In this document: positions 9,565 through 19,557 of the stretch, piece after piece
Numbering within the stretch: the stretch's first letter is position 1
How the letters are laid out: every line of letters begins with the position of its first letter
Assembly: GCA_963830915.1 (NCBI GenBank)
Contig: CAWHOE010000064.1
Coordinates: 96,001 to 160,000, forward strand
DNA from: a candidate division FCPU426 bacterium
GTDB lineage: Bacteria; Oederibacteriota; Muellerivitia; Muellerivitales; Muellerivitaceae
Direction of reading: 5' to 3'
Length of the DNA stretch: 64,000 bases
The notes under the pieces: generated by a model
Database searches by the model: none
Told to the model about the DNA's origin: nothing
Seen by the model: only the letters and a program-made list of their open reading frames with translations
Program-made: the position numbers and the translations under genes

Positions 9565-11279
9565 CAAATTGCCTTTTCCGTCTGCATGATGAAATCCTTC
9601 CCCTGGGACAGGGGGTTGCCGTACTCGTGTGGCCCGCATTGGACGACCGGCAATGGGCCCTCGAAATTCTCATGGGGCGGGGGTGACGGCACGATCCATT
9701 CCAATGTGGTAGCTTCCCACGGGTTGTCGCTAGCCTTCTTGCCTTTGAAGATGCTGTAGAAGAAATTAAAGATGAAGATCAGCTGGGCCGTCCCCAAAAC
9801 CATGACCCCGTAGGTGATGATCTGGTTCAGGGGCTGGAGGGGCTTGAAAACCTCGTAAGCCGAGGGGTCCGCCACCCGGCGCATCAACCCGGCCAGGCCT
9901 ACCCGGAACATGACCAAAAAGACCACGTTGACCGCGATGAAGGTGATCCAGAAATGGATCTTGCCCAGGGTCTCGTTCATCATGCGCCCGAAGATCTTGG
10001 GGAACCAGAAATAGACCGCCGCGAAGGAACCCAGGAACACCGACATGGCCATGGTGTAGTGGAAGTGGGCCACCACGAAATAGGTGCCGTGCAGATAGAT
10101 ATCCATGGTGCGGGAAGCCAGCAGGATGCCCGTCAACCCCCCGATGGCGAACACGAAAATGACGCCGATACAGTAAAGCATGGGCGTGGTGAAGCGCAGG
10201 TTGCCCCGCCAGAGGGTGGCCAGCCAGTTGAAGAAGAACACCGACGAGGGGATGGAGATGAGCATGGTGAGGGACTGGAAGGTCTTCCCCATGGCCGGGC
10301 TCATGCCGGAAATGAACATGTGATGGCCCCAGACCACCGCGCTTAAAAGGGTGATGAGGCACATGGAAAGGGCGGTCAATTTATAGCCGAAGGCCGGTTT
10401 GCGGGAGAAGGTGGACAGCAGGTCCGAGACCATGCCCCAGACCGGCAGGATGAGGATATAGACTTCTGGATGGCCGAAAGCCCAGAAGATGTGCTGGTAC
10501 AAGAGGGGCTGACCCGCCTGGGCGGTGTTTATGGCCACGCCCGTGAAGAAGTGGGTGGTGAAGGTTCGGTCCAACAGGAGCATGATGAGCCCCACCGCGA
10601 TGACCGGCACGAAGGCCAGGTTGAGGATGGCCGTGAGGAACAGGCCCCAGATGGTCAGGGGCAGTTTGAACATGCCCATGCCCTTGGCCCGAAGGTTGAG
10701 GACCGTGGTGACGTAGTTGATACCGCCCATGATGGAGGACGTCCCCAGAAGGACGACCGCCAGGGCCCAGCAGGATTCCCCGGCGCCTGGGTTATAGGTG
10801 GCCGAGCTTAAGGGTGGGTAACCGGTCCAGCCAGCCGCCGCCGATTGCTCCGTGAAGAAAGCTACCAGTAGGAAGGCGCCCGCGATGGGCATCAACCAGA
10901 AGGAAAGCATGTTGAGTACCGGGAAGGCCATGTCCCTCGCCCCAACCTGTAGCGGGATGAGGAAATTGCCGAAGGCCCCGATGACCAGGGGCGTGATGGC
11001 GAAGAAGATCATGATGGTGCCGTGCAGGGTGATGAGGGTGGTGTAGATCTCAGGCGTGGCCGCCCCGCCCGAGGAGGGGAAGAAAAGTTTGCCGAAGACC
11101 GGCGCCGGCGTCCAGGGGAAGGCCAACTGCCAGCGGATCAGGTAGGCCATGATGCCGCCCAACAACAGGAAGCTCAATCCGTAGAACAGGAACTGCCGCC
11201 CAATGACCTTATGGTCCAGGGAAAAGATATATTTGGTGATGAAAGATTTCGGCCCCTCATGCATATGTTCCTCGCTCAT
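9564..11279 (-). CDS. coxA: Cytochrome c oxidase subunit I, A1-type
   Basis: DHK.IG, HGTIMIFF, GWTGYPPL, FGHPEVY (A1 signature), WGHHM, AHFHY. Confidence 0.97.
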   Translation of the reverse strand: MSEEHMHEGPKSFITKYIFSLDHKVIGRQFLFYGLSFLLLGGIMAYLIRWQLAFPWTPAPVFGKLFFPSSGGAATPEIYTTLITLHGTIMIFFAITPLVIGAFGNFLIPLQVGARDMAFPVLNMLSFWLMPIAGAFLLVAFFTEQSAAAGWTGYPPLSSATYNPGAGESCWALAVVLLGTSSIMGGINYVTTVLNLRAKGMGMFKLPLTIWGLFLTAILNLAFVPVIAVGLIMLLLDRTFTTHFFTGVAINTAQAGQPLLYQHIFWAFGHPEVYILILPVWGMVSDLLSTFSRKPAFGYKLTALSMCLITLLSAVVWGHHMFISGMSPAMGKTFQSLTMLISIPSSVFFFNWLATLWRGNLRFTTPMLYCIGVIFVFAIGGLTGILLASRTMDIYLHGTYFVVAHFHYTMAMSVFLGSFAAVYFWFPKIFGRMMNETLGKIHFWITFIAVNVVFLVMFRVGLAGLMRRVADPSAYEVFKPLQPLNQIITYGVMVLGTAQLIFIFNFFYSIFKGKKASDNPWEATTLEWIVPSPPPHENFEGPLPVVQCGPHEYGNPLSQGKDFIMQTEKAI

Positions 11280-12072
11280 TATCTCTCCTCCCAGGCCCAG
11301 CCCCAATTATTGGCAGGGTCCGTATCGGTGGTCTTGGCCGCGTCGGCCAGGAATTTCTCGAAATCCGCCTCGTCCTCGACCGTCACATAACCCTTCATGC
11401 GGTAATGGCCCAGCCCGCAAAGCTCCGAACAGGCCAGGGTATATTGGCCCTTCTCCTTGCCCATGAATGCCACCTGGTTGACCAGTCCGGGCAATACGTC
11501 CTGCCGGACCCGGAAGTTGGGAAGGTAAAAGCTGTGAACCACGTCATTGGATGTCAACTGCACGAAGATGGGCCGGTCGACCGGCAAATGGAGCTGGTTC
11601 AGGGAGGTGATGTCCTTGGCGGTGCCGAAGGTCTTGTTGTCGGCGGAGTAGCGAACCCGCCACTCGAACTGCCTTGCCTGCACTTCCACCCTCAGGGCCT
11701 TGGAGCGGTCCAGATTCTTTCCCATCAAGAACTCGAAATCCTCGTTGGAGCGATGGATGACGTTCATGTCGATGACCCCGAAACCGTCATGGCCAAGATG
11801 AGCGTGATGATCCTTTCGATCTTGCCGGTGCCATGGGTGTAATAGGCCTTGGAGCCGGGACGCTCGCGGTAGCGGAAGGTGAAATAGATGAGGGCGATGA
11901 CCACCAGGGCGAAGAAGAAACCCGTGACCCAGAAGGAAAAAATGACCAATTTATCGATGCGTTCGCCCTCGGCGGAAACATTGTGGGGGAACCAGGGGCC
12001 TGTTTCGGCGAAGAGGGATTGGGCTGTCAGATACAAAAATAAAGCGATACCGGGTTTATAGAAACGCTTCAA
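11279..12072 (-). CDS. coxB: Cytochrome c oxidase subunit II (CuA), split by a 1-nt frameshift near 11780
   Basis: ORF 11764-12072 gives the TM N-terminus; ORF 11279-11767 gives QFEW, DVVHSF and CSELCGLGHYRM. Adding one T in GTT(T)TCGGG restores MTVFGVIDMNV. Confidence 0.92.
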
Positions 12073-12202
12073 AACACAACCTCCCCTTGAATTGTTAAGC
12101 GGCTCATAAGGTATATGGATTGAGAAAGCCTTTCAATACTACCAGAACACTAAATTTGCTGACAATACCTATGTTTATTTCATGCGCTGGGCCAAGAATC
12201 CG

Positions 12203-12216
12203 GTGACTTAAGTCAC
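12203..12216. promoter_or_regulatory. Crp/Fnr-type box GTGA-CTTAAG-TCAC
   Basis: Perfect palindrome between divergent coxB and the desaturase; same RTGA-N6-TCA pattern as the other boxes. Confidence 0.65.
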
Positions 12217-12267
12217 GGCGCACTTTCCCGCCGGGAAAGATGATAAGGGCTGTCGAAGGTTTGTGGA

Positions 12268-12302
12268 GGAGCGCCCCAAGGGGAGGGAGGCGCTCCTTTT
12301 TT
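12268..12302 (+). terminator. Intrinsic terminator-like hairpin upstream of the desaturase
   Basis: GGAGCGCC...GGCGCTCC followed by T6. Confidence 0.6.
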
Positions 12303-12427
12303 GTTTAGGGGCTACTGGAAACTTGAACTTGAAGCGTGCCAATATGTTGGCGTTTCAGGGGAGACTTCCCGTAATAAACTATTGAGGTTACTTATGAGCA
12401 CAAGCCAGAAGAACTATCGAGTTTCCC

Positions 12428-13447
12428 ATGGCGGAAGCCAAGCGGATCTGCCAGGACCTTTTCGAGGCTAAGCCGTCCATCTATTGGCCTGACTTCCTTT
12501 TTTTCGACCTGCTGGGCTGGGCCGCCTTCGTGGTCGCGGTGCAGACGCCGAATTTTTCCCCGCTCCAGATCGGGGCCTTCATCGTCGCGGGGCTCTCCCT
12601 CTACCGGGCGGTCATCTTCGTCCATGAGTTGACCCATTTGAAGAAAGGCACCTTCCGGCTTTTTCATATCGTCTGGAACCTGCTTTGCGGTTTCCCCCTG
12701 ATGGTCCCTTCCATGCTGTACATGGGCATCCACATCGACCACCACAAGCAAAGCTATTACGGGACCAGCGAGGACAAGGAATACTTCCCCTTCGCCATCT
12801 CCAAACCCTACCGCATCCTCCTCTTCCTGTTCACCATGTTCCTGGCGCCGTTGGTTTTCCTCGTTCGTTTCGCCATCCTCACCCCGCTCTCCTATATCAT
12901 CCAGCCCCTGCGCAAACCCCTCTGGGAAATGGCTTCCTCCCTCGCCGTCGGGTCCGGTTATAAACGTCCCTCGCCCGGTAACCGGGAGAAATATATCTGG
13001 TGGGCCCAGGAATTCATGGCGTTCGCCTATTCGGCCACGGGACTGACCCTGATCTATCTGAAGTTACTGCCCGTCAAGGTCTTGGTGCTCTGGTACCTGG
13101 CCGCCACCTTCATCCTGGTGACCAACGGCCTTCGGACCCTGGTGGCCCATTGTTACCGCAACCCGCCCGATCGGGAAATGCCTTTTGGCGAGCAGTTCCT
13201 GGATTCCATCGATATCCCCGGCAACTTTTTCACCACGCCCCTCTGGGCGCCCGTGGGCCTCAGGTACCACGCCACCCACCACCTGTTCCCCGGTATGCCC
13301 TACCACAGCCTGGGTACGGCCCACAAAAGACTGATGAAGGAACTGCCCCCGGGCAATCCCTACCCCTTGGCCACGCGCAAGAGTCTGTTGAGCGCGTTGG
13401 CGCAGTTGTGGAACGAGGCGAAAGCCAACACGGCAAGCAAGGACTAA
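12428..13447 (+). CDS. Fatty acid desaturase family protein
   Basis: His boxes HELTH, HIDHH, AH and YHATHH; TM segments. The true start may be ATG 12394 (GAGGT RBS) with a 1-nt indel. Confidence 0.88.
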   Translation: MAEAKRICQDLFEAKPSIYWPDFLFFDLLGWAAFVVAVQTPNFSPLQIGAFIVAGLSLYRAVIFVHELTHLKKGTFRLFHIVWNLLCGFPLMVPSMLYMGIHIDHHKQSYYGTSEDKEYFPFAISKPYRILLFLFTMFLAPLVFLVRFAILTPLSYIIQPLRKPLWEMASSLAVGSGYKRPSPGNREKYIWWAQEFMAFAYSATGLTLIYLKLLPVKVLVLWYLAATFILVTNGLRTLVAHCYRNPPDREMPFGEQFLDSIDIPGNFFTTPLWAPVGLRYHATHHLFPGMPYHSLGTAHKRLMKELPPGNPYPLATRKSLLSALAQLWNEAKANTASKD

Positions 13448-13464
13448 CGGGGCTTCGACAGACA

Positions 13465-13497
13465 AAAAAGGGGGGCTTCCCTTACGGGAAGTCCCCC
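13465..13497. terminator. Terminator hairpin between convergent genes
   Basis: A-run followed by GGGGGCTTCCC-TTAC-GGGAAGTCCCC. Confidence 0.7.
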
Positions 13498-13583
13498 GAA
13501 CAAACTTCCTTTCAATTTTGAAACCCTAGGATCTAGCGGTGCCGGGTGGACCCAGTCTTACCCGACATCCCAGCTCGGTCCAT

Positions 13584-14051
13584 TCAATAAACGGGGCAAC
13601 CTACAAACAGGTAATTACAACCGTTGTCCGTGATGGAAGCGGTCTCGATCTCGTTTGAATAAACAAAAATAGAACAGCTGGTCCCTGTCGTCGTAACAGG
13701 GTTACTGGACCCGGCGTTCAGGATGAATTGGCAGGACAACACGCTCCCACAGGTCACGGGGACTCCCGAATTGATGGTCAGGGTGTGGGGGCCTTCGGCC
13801 ACGCTTGAAAAGTTATAGACAGTGCCACCGGATATGGTAATTGGTCCCGTCCCATCCAGCCAAACGCGGACCATGCAGGCGCCGGTAGCGGCGTCGTTCA
13901 CGACAACCGTTCCTGTTCCGTTGTTATAAGGTGTGGGGGTCGGAGGAGGGGAGGTATAACCCGTCGGTGTTCCAGAACCGCAGCCATTCATGGACCAAAC
14001 CGTAAACAGCCCAGCCAATCCCAGTGCCATCAGCCCCAAGTTCCGTTTCAT
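13584..14051 (-). CDS. Putative lipoprotein with Pro/Thr linker and Cys-rich beta domain
   Basis: Signal peptide with MNGC lipobox, SPPPTPTP linker, several Cys. Confidence 0.72.
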   Translation of the reverse strand: MKRNLGLMALGLAGLFTVWSMNGCGSGTPTGYTSPPPTPTPYNNGTGTVVVNDAATGACMVRVWLDGTGPITISGGTVYNFSSVAEGPHTLTINSGVPVTCGSVLSCQFILNAGSSNPVTTTGTSCSIFVYSNEIETASITDNGCNYLFVGCPVY

Positions 14052-14244
14052 CGTTCGTCCCTCATAAACCTTCGAGTCGATATCTGGGCGTATTTTACCG
14101 TCTTTCCCACCACCCGTCTTGCGGTTTATTTCCGGCTCAATTCACAGGACACAGGCCCTGGTTTTTCCCTTGCTGGGAACCAGCGCCATGAAAGACAATG
14201 AATGAGTCTTAATGAAGTTCAAAACATCCCGAGAGTTGATCGAT

Positions 14245-14964
14245 ATGAAAAAATATTTCTTCGTCGCCGGTTTGATGGTCCTTTTGATACCTGGCTTCGT
14301 CCTGGGAAAACAAACCGATCCATCCAGTGATTCTGCCGAGCAAGAAAACGCCATTGACGCTACCCCTTCCCCCACACCGTCCGCGACTCCCCTTTCCCAG
14401 ACATTCTCTCCCGACCATCTCAAAGGCCGCTGGGCGGTCGGGGTTTCCTCTGTTTCCGGAACCACCCTGGCTCTGCGTTATTGGTGCGCCGAGGATGAGG
14501 CTCTCGACCTTTTGGTGGGCGGGTCGGATTCCCCATTGTCAGGAACGGATCCCAACAATAATTATATCTCCACCCCGAACTGGAGCTACGGGTTAAGCTT
14601 GGGATTGAGGCACAACCTTGAAAAACCTGCCGAAAATGTCTACGTGCAGTGGCTGGAACGGATCACTTATTACCAAACGTTCAGCCAGAGTGACTATTCA
14701 GGCGATCTTTCCACCAATCAATCCCAGGACCTGACCTTTTTCACCGGTCCAAGCTTCGAGGCTTTCGTGCCCTTCTGGAAGAACCTCTCGATCGAGGGGA
14801 ATATCGGACTGGCCGTGGATTCCCACTGGGTTCAATCCGCCCAATCCGGAACCTCAACCTTTCCATCGTCAGGAAGTTCCACCACCAGCCATTGGACCTT
14901 ATCTTTTGGTTGGAACAACACCATCACTTCCATCCTGAACGCCGCCGTCCATATTTATTTTTAG
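14245..14964 (+). CDS. Putative outer-membrane beta-barrel protein
   Basis: Signal peptide, alternating amphipathic strands, C-terminal AAVHIYF beta-signal. Confidence 0.7.
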   Translation: MKKYFFVAGLMVLLIPGFVLGKQTDPSSDSAEQENAIDATPSPTPSATPLSQTFSPDHLKGRWAVGVSSVSGTTLALRYWCAEDEALDLLVGGSDSPLSGTDPNNNYISTPNWSYGLSLGLRHNLEKPAENVYVQWLERITYYQTFSQSDYSGDLSTNQSQDLTFFTGPSFEAFVPFWKNLSIEGNIGLAVDSHWVQSAQSGTSTFPSSGSSTTSHWTLSFGWNNTITSILNAAVHIYF

Positions 14965-15044
14965 ATCGACTCAGCCGTTCGCTTTCTGTATTCCCAGCCC
15001 ACAAATAGGAATTATTTGCCGATTGAAGTTATAATTACCTCTCT

Positions 15045-16277
15045 ATGAACCATCCCCAACCATCCACCCATTCTCCCGCTCAGGGTTTCTTCAGGATTTT
15101 CGCCGTCGGGCTGGTGGGGTTCTGCGCCTTCCTGGGTCTCTACGCCACCCAACCCCTTCTGCCCATGCTTCAATCGGCTTTCCAGGCTTCCAAGCTGGCG
15201 GTCAGCCTGACCGTTTCTTCCGCCACCTTGGCGATCGCCCTGGCCGCGCCCTTGGCCGGCATACTGGCGGACATGAGGGGCCGCAAGAAGGTCATCATTC
15301 CTTCCCTCTTTTTGTTGAGCCTGGTTTACCTGCTCACCGCTACCTCGGCCGGTCTTTCCGCCCTGGTCTTCTGGCGTTTCCTACAGGGTCTGCTCACTCC
15401 CGCCGTCTTCGTGGTGGCCGTGGCCTACATCAACGAGGAATGGCCCAGGTCCGAGACAGGCTTCGTCACTTCCATCTACGTGACCGGCACGGTGGTGGGC
15501 GGCTTCTGCGGACGGTTCCTTTCCGGTTGGGTGGCGGCGCGGTGGGGCTGGCACTGGGTCTTCATCGTCCTGGGGATCTTGAACCTGGCCTTGACCTTCG
15601 CGGTCGTCCAATGGCTTCCCCTGGCCAAGACCTTCAAGAAAATACCCGGCTACGGTACGGGTTTGCGCAACACCCTGGAGCACCTGAGGAACCCTTCCCT
15701 GCTGGCGATCTACGCCGTGGGCTTCACCATCCTCTTCGCCCTGGTGGGTACCTTCACCTACGTCACTTTCTACCTGGCCGAGCCGCCCTTCGGGTTGGAC
15801 ACGGCGGCCCTGGGCGCCATCTTCGCGGTCTACCTGGTCGGGGCCCTCATCACCCCCGTGGCGGGCCGTTGGTCCAACCGATGGGCCGGATGGAAGATCC
15901 TTTCCACCGCGCTCCTGGCCTCGGCGGCTGGCATCCTTTTGACCCTGTCCCATCAATTACCCCTGGTCATCCTGGGCATCACCCTTTGTTCCTCCGGGGT
16001 CTTCGTCTGCCAGACCGTGACCAACCGGACCATCGGCGTGGTGGCGGGAAAATCCCGGGCCTCGGCGGTGGGATTATACGTGACCTTCTATTATCTTGGC
16101 GGTTTCGTGGGGTCGGTGGTGCCGGGGTTCCTCTGGGGCTGGGGCGGTTGGACCGCCTGCGCCTTTTTCATCTTCGGGATCCTGGGCCTTTCGGCCCTAT
16201 TCACCCTGAGGGTCTGGAAAAAGCTGGAGCCCAAGAAGGTCAAGACCGGTCAGGATGGTTTCGAGGGAGTCAGTTAA
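15045..16277 (+). CDS. MFS transporter (YnfM-like)
   Basis: 12 TM; LYATQPLLP, ADMRGRK motif A, YVTFYYLGG. Confidence 0.92.
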   Translation: MNHPQPSTHSPAQGFFRIFAVGLVGFCAFLGLYATQPLLPMLQSAFQASKLAVSLTVSSATLAIALAAPLAGILADMRGRKKVIIPSLFLLSLVYLLTATSAGLSALVFWRFLQGLLTPAVFVVAVAYINEEWPRSETGFVTSIYVTGTVVGGFCGRFLSGWVAARWGWHWVFIVLGILNLALTFAVVQWLPLAKTFKKIPGYGTGLRNTLEHLRNPSLLAIYAVGFTILFALVGTFTYVTFYLAEPPFGLDTAALGAIFAVYLVGALITPVAGRWSNRWAGWKILSTALLASAAGILLTLSHQLPLVILGITLCSSGVFVCQTVTNRTIGVVAGKSRASAVGLYVTFYYLGGFVGSVVPGFLWGWGGWTACAFFIFGILGLSALFTLRVWKKLEPKKVKTGQDGFEGVS

Positions 16278-16292
16278 AGGAAGCGGGGAGGG

Positions 16293-17039
16293 TTATTCCA
16301 TCACCTTCAGCAGAAGCATGACGCCTACCCCGGCCAGGATGGCCAGGAACTGGATGAGAGCACGGAGGGATTTCACGTCCTTGTGAAGCTGGGGTACTAG
16401 GTCCGAACCGGCGATATAGATGAAGCTTCCCGCCGTCAGAGGAGCCAGCACCCGCAGGAATCCTTCCGTACCAGAGCCGATCCACCAGGCCAAGAGCCCG
16501 CCCAGGATGGCCGTCAGGGCCGTCAGAAAATTGAAAAAAAGCGCCCGCCCCCTCGAGAACCCTGATTTCACCAGGATGCCGAAATTGCTGAACTCGTGCG
16601 GGACCTCGTGTAAGAAGACTGCCAGGGTCGTGGCCAATCCCAGCTTCACCCCCAGAAGGTAGGAACCCCCGATGATCATCCCGTCGATGGCGTTATGGGC
16701 CAAGTCGGCGATGAGGTTCAGGTAGCCGAAGGGCTGGATCTCCTCGACCTCGTCCGAGTGCTGGTGGCGCCAGTGCAGGAAATTCTCCAACATGAAGAAC
16801 AACAGGATGCCCGCGATGACCCAAAGGGAAGTCGAGGTCGTTCGGGTCAGGTCCTTATAGGCCTCGGGAAGAAGATGGAGGAAACAATCGCCGAACAAGG
16901 CCCCGACCGCCAGGGCGACCAGCCCGGACAGGATCTCGTGCAGGGCTTTATGGCTGACGGAGATCAGGGAGATGCCGATGAGCGAGAGCAGGCTCACCAC
17001 CACCAGACTGACCATCATGGCTAGGAAGGCTGGATTCAT
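16293..17039 (-). CDS. ZIP family metal transporter
   Basis: HLLPEA, HNAIDG, LHEVPHE motifs; His-rich loop. Confidence 0.93.
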   Translation of the reverse strand: MNPAFLAMMVSLVVVSLLSLIGISLISVSHKALHEILSGLVALAVGALFGDCFLHLLPEAYKDLTRTTSTSLWVIAGILLFFMLENFLHWRHQHSDEVEEIQPFGYLNLIADLAHNAIDGMIIGGSYLLGVKLGLATTLAVFLHEVPHEFSNFGILVKSGFSRGRALFFNFLTALTAILGGLLAWWIGSGTEGFLRVLAPLTAGSFIYIAGSDLVPQLHKDVKSLRALIQFLAILAGVGVMLLLKVME

Positions 17040-17108
17040 TGAAAAAACAAAATATCCGTCTTTGGGGCGGGAATCAACCATTACTTGGAACATACCCTAA
17101 ACCGATTG

Positions 17109-17200
17109 AACCACCAAGACACTAAGACACCAAGAAAACCGAAAACAACACCTTGTTTTGAAATAAATCATCTTTAATCCAACTTTGCGACTTGGTGGTT
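17109..17200. repeat. CCAC...GTGG periodic-arm palindrome, copy 3 (8-nt period)
   Basis: AACCACCAAGACACTAAGACACCAAG ... CTTTGCGACTTGGTGGTT. Confidence 0.75.
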
Positions 17201-17217
17201 GATGGATTTCGGCGTTC

Positions 17218-17592
17218 TTATCGGTAGGCCACCGATGATTTCTCCAGGAAGGCCCGGAGGCATCTCATCTCCTCGTCCTTCATCATCAGGAAGCGCAGAC
17301 CCGCGCCCATATTGTTGGCCCACATCACCTCGGCGTAGATGGTCACGGAGGCCTTTTCATCGAGCAGGTAAAGTTCGAAACACAGGACCTCGCCCACGGA
17401 CAGGGGCTGGTCCACCACCACGCTCATCCCTCCCAGGCTCATGTCCAGGGTGAAACAATTCAGCTCCGAATGGCGCCATTCCTCGATGGTTCGAAGGACC
17501 TTTTTCTCTTTTTCAAGCCGGTATTTGACCGGGACCTTGATCGAGACCCTGGGGGTGGTCCTGCGTTCCATCGACAATTTCGCGTCCGGCAT
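17218..17592 (-). CDS. PilZ domain protein (c-di-GMP receptor)
   Basis: RRTTPR (RxxxR) and DMSLGG (DxSxxG). Confidence 0.88.
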   Translation of the reverse strand: MPDAKLSMERRTTPRVSIKVPVKYRLEKEKKVLRTIEEWRHSELNCFTLDMSLGGMSVVVDQPLSVGEVLCFELYLLDEKASVTIYAEVMWANNMGAGLRFLMMKDEEMRCLRAFLEKSSVAYR

Positions 17593-17934
17593 GTTTCCCT
17601 TTTCTTGGCCCCGAACCTTCCGGGCCCTTGGAATGGTCGAACAAAATCGTTCGAGCGGATCTTTAGGGATCGAACCAAACGAATCCCGCGGATCGCGCAG
17701 GGGAAATAGATACACTTTTTGTCCGTATGCCGTCAATGAAATTGGGAAGGATTGAGCGCTAATATCGTTCTCAATGACAACCTTAACGTTTTAAAAAGAA
17801 CGTAATCGTTTTTAGTTGGCAGTTAGAACAGAATTTGACCCGGATGGATCATTGAATAAGACATGATTGGGAAGAGGTGTTTTTTTCAGGAAGTTCTACA
17901 AAAGCCGCTTCATAAGAATTGAAGCGGTGCCGTC

Positions 17935-18651
17935 TTACTCGTCGTAATCCTGGTAGGTCGCCGTTCGTCCGCGGGTAATGGTCTCGACTGGAATGGCGGA
18001 CGGGACCTCGCGTAGGATCTTCGCCGCTTCCTCATCCTTCGATTCGGGATAGTCCTCGAAGTTCACATGGATATCGGTCAGGTCGTCCTTTATCATCAAC
18101 GCCACGGTCTCATCCGCTTCCGCTTTGACCCTGTCCAGGCCGTCCTTGCGGGCGACCGCGACCGCCGCCACGATCTTGGCCGGATGTTGCCCGTCCACCT
18201 CTCGGATGGCGGCCAGCATGGTGGAGCCGGTGATCAGGCCCGTGTCCAGGACCAACACGACCCGGTTGGCGTGGCTTAAGGGGCCCCGTTCCGGGGTGCA
18301 GACCTTTCGGCGTTCGGTAAGTTTTTCCAGGCGTTTGCGGTTCTCTTCCAGATCCAGGTGCCGGGGAGTCCAAAGGTTCTTGGAATTTGGGTCGGCGTAA
18401 AGGGTCCCGCCCTCGGTCAAGGCGCCGATGGTCACCTCCGGGCTTCCGAAGGAAAGGATACGGTCCACCAACAGCACATCCATGTCGCCCCTAAGATAGG
18501 TGGCCAGCAGACGGGCCATGGCGACAGCCTCGCTGGAGACCGCCAGCACGAGCGGATGCAATCCCCGATAGGGGAACAGTTTCTCGCAAAGGACCCGAGC
18601 CGCTTCCTCACGGCTGTGGAACGGGTATTTTTTCTTGTTACGGACGGCCAT
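17935..18651 (-). CDS. Phosphoribosyltransferase-like protein (degenerate motifs)
   Basis: F.SREEAA, IGALTEGG, VLVLDTGLITGSTM..AI..V, IVAAVAV; overlaps the upstream ric gene. Confidence 0.78.
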   Translation of the reverse strand: MAVRNKKKYPFHSREEAARVLCEKLFPYRGLHPLVLAVSSEAVAMARLLATYLRGDMDVLLVDRILSFGSPEVTIGALTEGGTLYADPNSKNLWTPRHLDLEENRKRLEKLTERRKVCTPERGPLSHANRVVLVLDTGLITGSTMLAAIREVDGQHPAKIVAAVAVARKDGLDRVKAEADETVALMIKDDLTDIHVNFEDYPESKDEEAAKILREVPSAIPVETITRGRTATYQDYDE

Positions 18652-19399
18652 TGGCCTCTCCTGGCTGGTTCAGAAAACCCATCTGGACCGCTTTCTTTAA
18701 AAGTATGTTGTTCTCCAGATGGATGTGGCGGCGGGTGTCCTTTTCCAGGGCCTTGAGGGCCTCGTACAAGGGCTGATAAAGCTTCCGCTCATCCTCCGGC
18801 GGTTGGAAATGGTGGGTCAAACTGTGGATCTCCCGCCATTCCTTCCCTAATAGACCGTGCTCCCACATAAGCACCCTCAACGGGTGGTTGAAAAAATTGC
18901 TGTCCTTGAACGGCTGAGGGATGGGCTCGCCCCTGTCGAACGCCTGCTCGGCCCGGACCAGGAAGGGGAAAACCACCTCTTCCTCCATCTTCAAGTGCTC
19001 CCTCGTCTCCTCGGCCATCTTCACGAAAAGTCTCTGGAGCGCCCCCATGTCCGCGTTCTGGGCGCCCTGGTTCGCCGCCATGCGGTCGATGATGTTCTCG
19101 ATGCGGTTGAGCTGGGACCGGGTGTAAGTGTGGTGGATCCGCACGATGTATTCCACCATCCCGGCCAGGGACTCATGGATCCAGTCCTTGCCCCCTTCCC
19201 AACCATCCGGCGGTCGGGAAGGCGCGTGTTGGATGTCCTCCAGCACATCGGCCAGCTCGACGTCCGCCAATCGGCAGGCTTCCCGAAGGCTCTTGGAACT
19301 GTCGCAGCTGTAATCGATGTGGTACCGCTCGAAGACGGCGATGGCTTGGATATGGTCCACCGCGATCTGTCCAACGGCTTGGGATGGATCTAATTTCAT
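18638..19399 (-). CDS. ric: RIC/YtfE-ScdA di-iron repair protein, paralog 1
   Basis: DYSC N-domain, HHTY, HLKMEE, WEHG, HIHLENNIL. Confidence 0.9.
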   Translation of the reverse strand: MKLDPSQAVGQIAVDHIQAIAVFERYHIDYSCDSSKSLREACRLADVELADVLEDIQHAPSRPPDGWEGGKDWIHESLAGMVEYIVRIHHTYTRSQLNRIENIIDRMAANQGAQNADMGALQRLFVKMAEETREHLKMEEEVVFPFLVRAEQAFDRGEPIPQPFKDSNFFNHPLRVLMWEHGLLGKEWREIHSLTHHFQPPEDERKLYQPLYEALKALEKDTRRHIHLENNILLKKAVQMGFLNQPGEANGRP

Positions 19400-19426
19400 G
19401 ACTTCCCCTTGCCCGACTTGCCATTC

Positions 19427-19468
19427 ATTATGGTTTCAAGTCGAAGAAGGGTGCATGATGATGGTCAT
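19427..19468 (-). promoter_or_regulatory. Class II-type Crp/Fnr promoter of ric paralog 1
   Basis: ATGA-TGATGG-TCAT (19455-19468) lies 22 nt from CATAAT (19432-19427). Confidence 0.7.
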
Positions 19469-19469
19469 A

Positions 19470-19502
19470 AAAAAAGCCCTCCGAGCGGTCCTCGGAAGGC
19501 TT
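19470..19502 (-). terminator. Intrinsic terminator after the nitronate monooxygenase gene
   Basis: AAGCC.TCCGAG/CTCGGA.GGCTT hairpin with a T-run on the minus strand. Confidence 0.7.
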
Positions 19503-19557
19503 GGGTGATTGCTGGATTTTTCTCAGCGCTCTATGACATGACTCATAGAGCGGACCT

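Noticed and set aside
9564..11279. Subunit I as a nitric oxide reductase, given the NO-stress neighbours
   Set aside because: The GHPEVY cross-link Tyr, a CuA subunit II and a subunit III indicate an A1 oxygen reductase.
11764..11790. Programmed frameshift or pseudogene in coxB (likewise rsmF and livM)
   Set aside because: No common slippery motif and no other decay; sequencing error is simpler.
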